Of a stretch of DNA of 64,000 bases, positions 1 to 22,337 are shown in pieces. Both the position numbers and the translations under genes were made by a program. Source of the stretch: the human T2T-CHM13v2.0 reference genome, Homo sapiens; assembly GCF_009914755.1 (NCBI RefSeq), contig NC_060927.1, one strand, 5' to 3'. Within the stretch, counting starts at the first letter, position 1; each line of letters starts with the position of its first letter. The notes below the pieces were generated by a model. It made no database searches, had not been told where the DNA came from, and saw nothing but the letters and a program-made list of their open reading frames with translations.

Positions 1-229
1 CCCAAGGCAATTCTTGGAAAACGACTGCCTGATTTTATATCTTTATAAAACAAATCCTGTAACTGTGATGTGCTAAGGAATAGAAGTGTTTACCCAGCCC
101 CTGGTTAGTGAAAATTCCTCCTTTCCTCCAGTGAACATTTTATAATAATGAAGTCTTATCGTTAAATTCTGAGTCTGTGGTCTTTTCTATAATAATAATT
201 ATGTGATCTACAAATAATGATAATTCTGT

Positions 230-2860
<2,631 letters not shown>

Positions 2861-4015
2861 CCTATCATGGGCAGGAGAATCGTTTGAACCCAGGAGGGGA
2901 AGTTGCAGTGAGCCGAGACCGCGCCACTGCACTCCAGCCTGGGTGACAGAGGGAGACTCTGTCTCAAAAAAAAAAGAAATCAGAAAAATAAGAATAATCA
3001 AACATGAAGTATGACTAAAACAGACTCAGAAGAAAGCTTATAGACATAAATACAAGTATGAGAGAACCAAAAAGCTATAAAAAATTAGGCATGCTATTCA
3101 AAAACTAGAAAAAGAATATACGTCTTTCAGATTTTAAGAAATAAATCAATAATGATAAAATGAAACACGATATGGTATTAGACGTGTTCATGAAAAAGAA
3201 AAATGATACTAAAAATCAATGATATAGAAAAAGCAATGAAATATGAAAAAAACTAAAAGTTGGTTCTGTGAAAAATTCAATAAAAGAGAAAAAGTATAGG
3301 TAAACAGTAATTGATACAAGAAAAGGGACAAATCCCTTCAGACATGGACATATAAAAAGTAAGATGATTTTGTATCAGTAAATTTGACAGCCTATGCCAA
3401 ATTATTTTCTATGGAAGAAAGTACCAAAATTGGTTAAAGGCATTAAAAACCTGAATGGACTAATAACCACACAAGAGACGGAAAAGTTGTCAAATATAAA
3501 AAGGTGTTGGGTCCAGAATGACTTATAACAGGTGAAATTTTCATACCTTTATAGGACATTTTGGCCCTAAGTTATGCTTTCCTAAATAATATGAAACTGT
3601 ATATATACCTTCTATAGACATGGTCTCACTCTGTTGCCCAGGCTGGAGTTCAGTAGTGTAATGAGTTTCTTGGTTGGATGCAAACTGGTGCATTCACTGA
3701 GGTGGGGGAACCCTGGAGGAGGAACAGGGGGATGAGGGAAGGATGATGAGATTAGTTTGGAACATTTTGAATTTTAGGCTTTTGTAGAATAATTAGAAAT
3801 CAACAGGCAGTTTCAAACCCAGACCTCTAACTCCAAGCTATCTGCACACTGCCTGGCCAATAGGAAGCACTATTGCCATGAGTGTTATTAAATCTGGACT
3901 GCAGAAAGAGATACGGGAGTGTCTTACAGGAGAGTGGTGAGATACGCACGAATAATAATAATGTCAGCAATAATATAGCACTTATTTTGACTTAGTTCGG
4001 TACGGAACTGGACTC

Positions 4016-5582
<1,567 letters not shown>

Positions 5583-6059
5583 AAACTGTTGCATGAATTG
5601 ACTCAGTTAATTCACTGAATTTATAAATTACAAACTTTTACCATTCTCAACTGATAAATTGAGGCAACGATTTAAGTATAACTTGAGCAAGTCCATATAG
5701 AGTGGAGCCAGGAACGCAGACAATGAGACACCATACCCCATGGTCTTAGGTCACAGTCATTCAGTGGGAGACAGGGGCTATAAATTCATTAGAAGGTTAA
5801 GTTAGGAATTAAGTAATTAGGTAAGGAATTAGGAATTCAGTTAATTAAGTTACAAATTGTTAAATATGGAGGAATTTATCATGTAGTTGGGGTACTAAGA
5901 CATAAGAGAAAATAATAAAGAAAAACAGGAGCGGCCGGGCGCGGTGGCTCACGCCTGTATTCCCAGCACTTTGGGAGGCCGAGGCGGGCGGACAGCTTGA
6001 GCTCAGGAGTTCGAGAACAGCCTGCGCAACATAGCGAGACCCCCGTTTCAAAAAACACA

Positions 6060-6600
6060 CGAAAAAATTAAAATTAAAAAACAAACAAACCAGGCGCAGA
6101 GCGGTTGTGGAGAAGGGAAGCGAAGGGTTGGAGTTTCGTTTCGTGGGAACCATAGAGAAGGGCCAGCCTCCCGGCTTCCTAGAGAGGCTGTAGGGACCGA
6201 CGGCCGGCCAGCTAATGCTTCCGTCTTGGCCACCTTGCGAGCGCTCGGGTTGAGTTTCCCGGGCTTCCCTGACTCGGCTACCTGTTCTGGAGGTCAGGCT
6301 TTGGGCCCTTGCAGAGGTCGCCGAGGGGCCCGCGCCGCCGCCAGAGCCTGGGCCCAGTCCCCAGTCTTCAGAGACGCCCTCGACCTTCCTGCTCCGAAGA
6401 GCTGGCCTGATGTCCTCGGGTCGCGGTATTCATGGGGAGGATGGGAGCCGTGACTATAGGGTCTCCTGCTTCCCAGGGTGGAGCGTTCAGATCCCGGTTA
6501 GGTCTTCGGTCAGCATCACCCGCTGGGACATTAAGCGTCTTACCCTTGTCACCCGGGGCTGGGTCACCACTTATATTTTGTCCTGCAGCCTGTGGTTTGT
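6060..6600 (+). promoter_or_regulatory. ZNF619: CpG-rich promoter and non-coding exon 1 of ZNF619 (predicted donor after 6425)
   Basis: High CpG/GC content; ETS-like GCTTCCG at 6217-6223; donor CGCG|GTATTC aligns with the ZNF621 donor CCCG|GTACTG; downstream intron homologous to 54365-54440. Confidence 0.75.
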
Positions 6601-7047
6601 TTAGGGGTCCCCGTTATATCCTACTTTCTCTCCAGAGACTTGTTTTGGGTTTTTGCCATGAACACTAGAAGCATTCAATACAAACTGTTTAGTAATGCAT
6701 TCATAGTGGGGCCAAGAATTTTTTTTAAAAAACAGCCACGAATCCACTGCAGTTCTTGACTCTTACTTTACAGATATTCTTTCTAGAGTTTCCAGTGTCA
6801 CCAAGCAGATCTATAGGAGAATATGCAGAGGGAGCATTTGCAACATCCCATGAATCAGTGGAGAGGGTGAATGACAGCAGCTAGTGTGCCAAGAATATCT
6901 GCAATGCTAGTGGCAGGAGACAGAGGGGAAGAGGCGGCAAGTGTAGGAGACGAGACAGATCAGTCTCATTGTGGTTCTCTCTTAGCTCCGCAGGTTCTTA
7001 CTTTTCCAAACCTAGAGGGCAGTGCATGAAGCCAGGGGTCATCAGCC

Positions 7048-7071
7048 ATGCTCCAGACAGTGTGGTTCCAG
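7048..7071 (+). CDS. ZNF619: ZNF619 first coding segment MLQTVWFQ (exon about 6986-7071)
   Basis: CAGCCATG context, CAG|GTGAGC donor, phase 0; paralogous to MFQTAWRQ and MLQTTWPQ. Confidence 0.9.
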
Positions 7072-8569
7072 GTGAGCAGAGCTTTCTTTCAGCTTTCCAT
7101 ACTCAGAAAAGATATGGAAGGTCAGTACAGCCCCAGTAGCCTGACTTGGCCAGTCTCATGCTTAGTTTTACATCCTTCAATAAAGTATGTAAAAACAGTA
7201 TGCGAGGGGAGTTGACGAACGAGAGTAGGTGAATTTGGGAGAGTCAGGTAGGTTGGAAAAGAAGGAATGAATTATCCTAGAAAGTGGGAATCTGCATTCA
7301 TGAGAACTGAAAGTGTGGCCTGGAGATGAGCAGCTTTTGCATTACAGAGGGCTCTTGTTAGGCAAAATGTCAGGCCCCCTCCCCAGATCTCCTAAATCAG
7401 AATCTACATTTTTACAAGATCTGGAAAATTAAAGGGCAGATTAAAATTTGAGGAGTGCTAGTCTGCGTTCACAGTACACAAAGAAAAGCCATTTCTGAGG
7501 TTAAATAGACACTTCCAAGGGAGGAGTTTACCCTGCAGACCACTCAGTTAAGGTACAGTGAAGCCAGAACTGGAAACATGTGGAAAATGTAGATTGATGA
7601 GGGAGATGTATTTTTGGAGGAATGATGAGTTTGGAGCTGAAGCCAGTGCCTTTAGCTCAATGCGAAGACGTCAGTCTAACCTCTGTGAGAGTCTATATCC
7701 TTTCTTGGCTACAAATTCATGTAGCATTGGGAGGACTTTTCCCTCCAGTTTTCTTGGTGGTAGATGATGGTTTTACTGGATTTTTCTCCAGTGTCCTAGA
7801 TCATGGAATGAGAAAGCTGAGTTTATCATGTAATGGATGTATCTTGTAATGAGAAAGCTCCATCCCAAGGACTTAAAAACAATGTGTGTGTCCTTTTGGT
7901 GGATATTGGACCATCCACTTCTGTTCGAGAACTTCAGCAAAAATTCATTCCTACAAGTCAGGAAGTGTGCTGTGGGGGTATGCTGTGCTCTCCTGGTGCT
8001 TTGCCTGAAGTACAGAAATCACTTAGGATTAGATTCCCCAAAGAGGACCCCAAATGACAGTGGATTAAACGAGGTAAAGGCTTCTCTCTCATACAAAAGT
8101 ATCAAGAGTCAATACAGGGCTAGTGTGGCAGCTCCCCTATTATGCTCTCAGGCTCTGTCTTTCTGCTCTACCATCCTAGCAGTGTCTCACCTGCTCTAGG
8201 CCACTTTATTGTCCAAGGTGGCTGCTTGATCTCTAGCCATCATGTGTGCATTCCAGCTAGAAGAGGAGCTGCCCAAAAAAAGATGAACCTCTCTCTTTTA
8301 GGAACCTTCCCATAAGTCCCCAACAATATTTATACTTGCATTTCATTGGCCCCAGTTGGTTGCCCGGGTTGAGTGCAACCTCAAGTAAAATTAAGATTCC
8401 AATACTAAGAAAGAAAGGGGGTACACACACACCTGTCAGTCTTTGCTACAATCTCTAAGAGGAACATTTGTCATTTAGAATCTTCTAGGAAGTTCCCCCA
8501 ATCTCATCTGTGGTTGTAGTAAGTGCTGAGATTTAGATGATATCATGTGCCAGGTGATATCTTCGTGCG

Positions 8570-8970
8570 TTACAGATAATAACTTAATGCCATTCTTGTA
8601 AGAGTCCTTTCAGATAATTACTATTGTTATCCCAGTTTTACAAATGGGGGCAACTGAGGCACAGAAAGTTTAATTGTCTCATCCAAAGTTAACAGCTAAT
8701 GAGTATTAGAGATACTATTTGAACTTAGGGAGTCTAGCTTAGAGCAGGGTTTTTCAACCTTGGCATCATTTACATTTGGGCCAGATAATTCTTTGTTTGG
8801 GGGATGTCCTGTTCATTATAGGATATTCAGAAATGGCCCTGGCCCACTATCTACTAGATGCCAGTAGCACTACCATTACCACCACACTGCAGTTGTGACA
8901 ACTAAAAATGTCTCCAGATATTGCCACATAGTCTCTGGGGGACAGAATTGCCCCCATGTTGAGAGCCATA
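8570..8970. mobile_element. MIR fragment followed by MER20 DNA-transposon relic
   Basis: MIR core CCCAGTTTTACAAATGGGGGCAACTGAGGCACAG; MER20-like GTTGTGACAACTAAAAATGTCTCCAGATATTGCC. Confidence 0.7.
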
Positions 8971-9556
8971 GCCTTAACATCTGTGCCATTTGCCACTATG
9001 TTGTGCTGCCCCTGTAACCCACTTCCTATAGAAGGGAGTCAATAGCCCCACTTAATGGAGAAAGAGTAAGTGCAAGTAAAGGACAGAAGAGTGATCACAG
9101 ATAGAGAAGATCTGGAGAAGCTAAGTGTTTCAGAAAACAAGGAACCAAAGAATGTGCTGATAATTAGAGTGATGTTTCAGAGGTATGGAGAGGTAGAGCA
9201 TAATGTCAAGAAAAGTTGAGGTCCATATTCCCAGCTAGTTGTTGACTCTGAAGGAAGTAAGAGAAGAGTATTAACAGATGTATCTATTCTGCACTGTCCA
9301 GGAAGGTACCCCCTAGCTACATGTGCCTATTTAAATTGAAATCAATTAAAGTTCCTCAGTCATGCCGGCCACCTTTGAACTTTCTGGCTAAGGGGTATTC
9401 TGATTACTGTATAGTTACTGTTTTCCTCTTGTAACTAATAAGCAATCTATGAGGAGACATTTAAGATCATGCAAATATTCTGCTTCTCATCAAAATTTCC
9501 TCCTAGATTTAGCATCCATTGATGATTTTTGCCCAAACCAATCTTTACAGTGATGA

Positions 9557-9869
<313 letters not shown>

Positions 9870-10884
9870 CAAATCTTCTAGTACTTCTATGTTAGATTTC
9901 TTCACTCAGAAGAGACTTAAGTACAAAGAGAAGGTTGTTGACATGATGAATTGAGAAAGACTACAGTGTGAGTCAGAGATAGATGTTTTAATGGGACTAA
10001 TTTATATAAAAGTGGTCAGTTCATTTTGAACTTTTTGCTTCCTTATACAACCTTGTAATAAATACTCAAAGAGGACTCCTTTTAGTCTATTTCAAAGTGC
10101 TTAATATTGCTCATTCCCATCATCTGAAAATGGAAATAATAATTCTTATTTCACAGATGTGCTATAATGATTGAGCAAATTGATTTAAAAGTAACTGACA
10201 CAGGACAAAGCTTTAAACAACCTGTGATGGTGTCCTTCTTCCCTGAGAAGCTGGAGGTGGTTTTAGTGGGAAGCAGAAAGAGAGAGACACATAATGAAGA
10301 GGACAGCATTGGCAGGTCAGACAGAGCTTAGGTGATCAGTGGGCAGATTTCTGCAGAAGGATGGGAGATTGCCATCCTGTCCTGGAGTGAAGTGTGTTAG
10401 GAGACAAAGAAGTAACACTGCACATCACCTTCAAGGGAGAACTATTAATAGCTTCTGATAAGGCAAGATGATAGAAAGGGGAGAAATATCCAGGATGAAA
10501 GGAACTTTATCCTCATGAAATCACTCCTCTGTCTGTAGCAGAAGATGTAGAGGAGGAAGACCAGAAAGAAGCTGGGTGGAGGGCCCTGATACGTGCTTCA
10601 GGATGGATGGAGGCAGGGTGAAAGACGGTTACCTGCTGTGGTCGATTTAGAAAGCATGCCAGAAAAATATACCTGGCCTGTGGAACCAGACATGGGTTGA
10701 CATGATCACCAGGCAGAGAACAACAGGTGCTGGGCTGTGTACTTAGGATGATAATATTAGGGCCCCAGAGGTATGCACATGGAAAGTTGGAATGCTGGCT
10801 CGGGGCTGCCCCTGCTGGGGTCCTGTGTGGCTCTCCTTGCCAGTACAAACCTTCCATGGGGCTCAGTGCCATGGATTCCAGTAA

Positions 10885-11481
<597 letters not shown>

Positions 11482-11657
11482 TAGAGGCCAGAGTAAGCTT
11501 CAAGCCCTTCCTTAGATTCTGCAGATTCACTCCTCCCTGACTTCACTTAGTCTCCTGGGCCATCCTCTTCTATTTTCATCTGGCAAAGCAGAGTGTAGTC
11601 TGAGGGAGGTCAGTGTTGATTCTCCTCAGCTTCATGTTCCTTTTCTTTCTCCTGTAG

Positions 11658-11774
11658 CAGCATTTCCATTCCCCAAACCAGATCTGATATTCCAGCTGGA
11701 GCAAGGAGAAGCAGCATGGGGCCCAGATCCCTGGACACTTGCTGGGGGAGAGGCCCTGAGAGGCATGTGCACAG
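11658..11774 (+). CDS. ZNF619: ZNF619 KRAB-B exon (NAGNAG acceptor, start 11658 or 11661)
   Basis: FPFPKPDLIFQLEQGEAAWGPDPW...; polypyrimidine tract then TAGCAG; ACAG|GTGAGC donor; 117 or 114 nt, phase 1-1. Confidence 0.93.
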
Positions 11775-11999
11775 GTGAGCAGGAGAGCCTACCATCCTCC
11801 TTTCCAGCTTTGCCTCCTCCTTTCTTTTAACAATTTAGCATGAAAAAGGTTTTTCCTTGTCATATGATGGTTGTGGGGATTAAAATAGTCACTCTTATTC
11901 AAAGAAGTGTTGCTTACCAGAACTTCATCCCCGAACTAGAAAAGACGAGTCCCGCCATTTTATTTCTGCCATTTTTCTTTGTAAAGCTAAAGGATTTCA

Positions 12000-15790
<3,791 letters not shown>

Positions 15791-15877
15791 ATGTGTCTAG
15801 GGCAAGCTGTTACTGATTAACCCTTTTCCCTTCTGGAATAAATAAGGGACTTTTATGTTTTCTTTTTATCATGCTAG

Positions 15878-17313
15878 GTGGTAAAACCAAGACTGAGAAT
15901 GAGGAAAAAACTGCACAGCTAAACATTTCTAAAGAATCAGAGTCCCACAGACTGATAGTGGAGGGACTGCTGATGGACGTTCCCCAGCACCCTGACTTCA
16001 AGGACAGGTTAGAGAAGTCACAGCTACATGATACAGGGAATAAAACAAAGATAGGGGATTGCACAGATTTGACAGTCCAGGATCATGAATCTTCCACCAC
16101 TGAAAGGGAGGAGATAGCCAGGAAATTGGAAGAAAGTAGTGTCAGCACACATCTCATTACAAAGCAGGGTTTTGCCAAAGAACAGGTGTTTTATAAATGT
16201 GGTGAGTGTGGCAGTTACTACAACCCACATTCAGACTTTCACCTGCATCAGAGAGTTCACACTAATGAGAAGCCCTACACATGCAAAGAATGTGGGAAAA
16301 CCTTCAGATATAACTCAAAACTGTCACGGCATCAGAAAATCCACACTGGAGAGAAACCATACTCATGTGAGGAATGTGGACAAGCCTTCAGTCAAAATTC
16401 CCACCTTCTTCAGCATCAGAAGCTCCATGGTGGACAGAGGCCCTATGAATGTACTGACTGTGGTAAAACCTTCAGTTATAATTCAAAACTGATTCGGCAT
16501 CAGAGAATCCATACTGGGGAGAAGCCCTTTAAATGTAAGGAATGTGGGAAAGCCTTCAGTTGTAGCTATGACTGCATCATCCATGAACGAATTCACAATG
16601 GGGAGAAGCCCTATGAATGTAAGGAGTGTGGGAAGAGTTTGAGTTCTAATTCAGTTCTGATTCAGCATCAGAGAATCCACACTGGGGAGAAACCTTATGA
16701 ATGTAAAGAGTGTGGCAAGGCCTTCCACCGCAGTTCGGTATTTCTTCAGCACCAGAGGTTCCACACTGGGGAACAACTCTACAAATGTAATGAATGTTGG
16801 AAAACTTTCAGCTGTAGCTCCCGCTTCATAGTGCATCAGAGAATCCACAATGGGGAGAAACCCTATGAATGCCAGGAATGTGGGAAGACATTCAGTCAAA
16901 AGATCACTCTGGTTCAGCATCAGCGAGTTCACACTGGGGAGAAACCTTATGAGTGTAAGGAGTGCGGGAAAGCCTTCAGATGGAATGCAAGTTTCATCCA
17001 GCATCAGAAGTGGCATACTAGGAAGAAACTCATCAATGGAACAGGGCTATCCGCAGTTAAGCCCTACTGTCCCTGCGCCATCCTCTCTCCTCTGCCTCCC
17101 CAACATACCTGCTCTGCCCTAGCCCCACCAGGGCCTCCCTTATCTTCTTCACATGCAGTGGTACTTCCTCCCTCTGTGCCTTTCTTCCTGCTGCTTCCCT
17201 CATCTGAAAAGGCCAACCCTTCACCTGTCCAAATAGCACATTTTTTTCAGGATCTCGCTTTTCCTGGGAAGTCATCCCTTCAGAGCCCGAATCCTTTGTC
17301 TCACTCCCTGTAA
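15878..17313 (+). CDS. ZNF619: ZNF619 zinc-finger exon: spacer, 10 C2H2 fingers, Pro/Ser-rich tail
   Basis: ORF 15871..17313 with CxxC-x12-HxxxH repeats and TGEKP linkers; acceptor CTAG| before 15878; spliced CDS gives 566-576 aa depending on acceptor choice. Confidence 0.95.
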
Positions 17314-17709
17314 GCCCCGTCACGTTCTCAAAATCCTTTGCACCTCAAGTTAGGGATTCCACTGGTCTCCTGATTGTGTCTATTGATATTCCTCTGGTCT
17401 TGTCTTGTATAAGTTGTTACTGTTTTCCTAACTTCATTTTAAATTCTCACGCTTAAGGACCATGTTTGATTAGTTTCTTTTATCCCCCGGTAGGAAATGG
17501 CAGTACTTATTCTTTATCGTGTCCACATTTGGGCTGTATTATCAGTCTGCATCTCTCTTCTGGGGCTACTGGAGTTGGAAGAGTTTGCAGAACATTTTGG
17601 GGTTTAGGGCATATGGCATTATGATTATGATGAGATGGGGCATTATAATTAGAGACTAGGAGAAATGCAAAGCCTATGGGAGAACATAATCAGATAAAGT
17701 GTCCAATGA

Positions 17710-17910
<201 letters not shown>

Positions 17911-18989
17911 TAGTAGAGACAGGGTTTCACCATGTTGGCCAGGCTGGTCTCAAAATCCTGACCTCAGGTGATTCACCTGCCTCAGTCTCCCAAGTGCTGG
18001 GATTACAGGCATGAGCCACTGCATCTGGCCTGCTTTCAGGAGTTAAGGAGGGCCATTTGGTGGACCAGGGGCAAGGCTCACTGAAAGAATGTAAGACTTG
18101 GAATTTTTTATTACCTTGATAGTATAAAAAATTATGAGGGTCCTTTTATGCAAAAAGAAAATGAAGTGATGAGTTGGCATTGATAGCAATAATGTAAAAT
18201 TATGTCTTTGAGCTTTATTGGAAGGGGATATGGTTTTTCAATTTGGGTTCCTTCTCTATTTTCATTTTCCTTTTTTTTTTGAGACAGGTTCTTGTTCTGT
18301 CATCCAGGCTGGATTGCAGTAGTGCGATCATGGATCACTGCAGTGTGTTGACCTTCCAGGCTCAAGCAATCCTCCCACCTCAGCTTCCCAAGAAGCTGGG
18401 AGGTAGTGCAGCCTCCCAGTTTCTCAGAGGGCTGAGGTGGGAGGATTGCTTGAGCCCTGGGGGCATACACCACCACACCCAGCTAATTTTTGTATTTTTT
18501 GTAGAGACAGAGTTTTGCCATGTTGCCCAGGCTGGTCTCAAAACTCCTGGACTCAAATGATCCTCCCACTTCAGCCTCCCAAAGTGCTGGGATTACAGGC
18601 TTGAGCCACCATGTCCAGCCTCTATTCCTTTTCATATCTGTTGAATTTCAGTACCCACTCATATATGTAGGTACAAAAAGTGACTTGGACTTGTACCCTT
18701 TAGAGTAGATGCCTGAATATAGTAATCTCTAAAGCTGTACATGGATGGAACTTGTTGGCATCACACTGGTGAGCACCAGAGGCAAAGAAGAGAAACCTGA
18801 CCATGACTTGCTGTAGTTTCTCAGAAGTGAGTCCATTCCTGATGAGTTACTATGCAGGCCCTTGGATATGTCCTCACACCTACTCCAGATTTCCCTATGA
18901 TTAAATCTGAATTTTATTGGTGGCACTTTTAAATTAGTTTTATAAAGAACTGTTTTGATGACACCAAGAAATGTTTTCAGTGTGCAGAT

Positions 18990-20170
18990 TGCTATTGTTT
19001 GAATATCCCCAGCAAAATTCTTGTTGAAACTTAATCCCCATTGTAACAGTACTGGGTGGGGGGTCTTTAAGAGGTGATCAGGATTAGCCAAGTTCATCAG
19101 GGTGGAGCCTCCACGATGGGACTGGTGGCTTTATGAGGAGAGGAAGAGCAACTGGAACTGGGACACATGCTTGCTCTGTCTTGCCTTTTGATGCCTCCTG
19201 CCATGTCATGATGCAGCAAGTAAGCCCTTACCAGATGCCTGCACCTTTATATTGGACTTCTTAGCCTTCAGAACTGTGAACTAAATAAACCTCTATTCTG
19301 TATAAATTACCCAGTCTATGGTATTCAGTTAGAGCCACACAAAATGTAACAAGACAGAATATTGATAGCCATAAGTAGGTTTGCTGCTCTGACATTTACA
19401 TAAAAATGTAGAAGTGGCTTTGGAACTGAGTAATGGGTAGAGGCTTGAAAAATCTGGAAGATCAGGTCAGACAAAGCCTGTATTATCTAATGGAGCATTA
19501 AGGGTGATTTTGGCCAAGGCTTAGAAGAGAAGACTAGGGAAAGTCTGAACCTTCTTAGAGATTACAGGAGGTCCTTGAACAACTTGGGTTTCAACTGTGT
19601 GGGTCCACTTATGGACTTTCTTCTGCCTCTGTCACCCCTGAGATGGCAAGACCAGTCTCCCTCCTCTCCCCTTCTCAGCCTGCTTAACAAAATGACAAGG
19701 ATACAGACCTTTATGATGATCCATATAATATAGTGAATTATATTTACTAAATATAATTTCTCTTATGATTTTCTTAATATTTTCTCTAGCTTTATTATAA
19801 GAATATAGTGTCTAATATGTATAACATAAAAAATATGCGTTAATCGACTGTTTCAGTAAGGCTCTGGTCAACAGTAGACTATTAGTAGTTACATTTTTGG
19901 GGAGTTAAAAGTTATACATGGCATGGGGGTTGGTGCCCATATGATGGGACTGATGGCTTTATAAGAAGAGGAAGGGAGACCTGAGCTGACATGCATGCTC
20001 TTGCCATCTTGCCATGTGATGCTTTCCATCATGTTATGACACAGCAAGAAGGCCAGATACGGCCCCTCCACAGTTCCCAGCCCTCGGAACCATGAGCTAA
20101 ATAAACTTCTTTTCTTTATAAATTACCCAATCTGTGATATTCTGTTATAGTAACAGAAAACAGACTGACA
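18990..20170 (+). mobile_element. MST-type MaLR LTR, internal fragment and partial second LTR, with a Tigger2-like insert (about 19565-19940)
   Basis: TGCTATTGTTTGAATATCCCC...AAATAAACCTCTATTCTGTATAAATTACCCAG; internal GTGGCTTTGGAACTGAGTAATGGGTAGAGG; CCTTGAACAACTTGGGTTTCAACTGTGTGGGTCCACTTA. Confidence 0.7.
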
Positions 20171-20299
20171 CTGATCTTACCAGACATTATGATCTCACTG
20201 GTTTGGCCTACTGCCTAGAGACTGACCCTTCTCAGAATCACTGCTTCAGGGCAGTATAACAACATGCAAAGGTTTATTTATTTATTTATTATTTTTTGA

Positions 20300-20458
<159 letters not shown>

Positions 20459-20681
20459 TAGTAGAGATGGGGTTTCTCCATGTTGGTCAGGCTGGTCTCA
20501 AACTCCTGACGTCAGGTAAGCTGCCCGCCTCAGCCTCCCAAAGTGCTGGGATTACAGGCATGAGCCACCGCGCCCGGCCACAAAGGTTTTTTAAAAAAAA
20601 CCTTTGTTTTTTAAAAAACTACATTTTTAAAAAAACCTTTGTTTCCGGGCGCGGTGGCTCATGCCTGTAATCCCAGCACTT

Positions 20682-21402
<721 letters not shown>

Positions 21403-21470
21403 TTAAAAAAGGATAATGTTACGCATCATATGATGCTATGCTAGAGTTGAGTTGTGAGACCAAGCCACTA

Positions 21471-22100
<630 letters not shown>

Positions 22101-22178
22101 TAGCCAGGATGGTCTCGATCTCCTGACCTTGTGATCCGCCCGCCTCAGCCTCCCAAAGTGCTGGGATTACAGGTGTGA

Positions 22179-22337
<159 letters not shown>

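Noticed and set aside
15871-15877. ATG at the start of the 480-aa ORF
   Set aside because: It lies within the intronic acceptor (ATGCTAG|); the 44882 and 61062 ORF starts are likewise intronic TTG codons
16651-17016. Antisense and alternate-frame ORFs over the finger exons (also 45671..45868, 61311..61844, 61790..62431)
   Set aside because: Expected shadows of repetitive C2H2 codon usage, one running into an Alu; no independent gene signals
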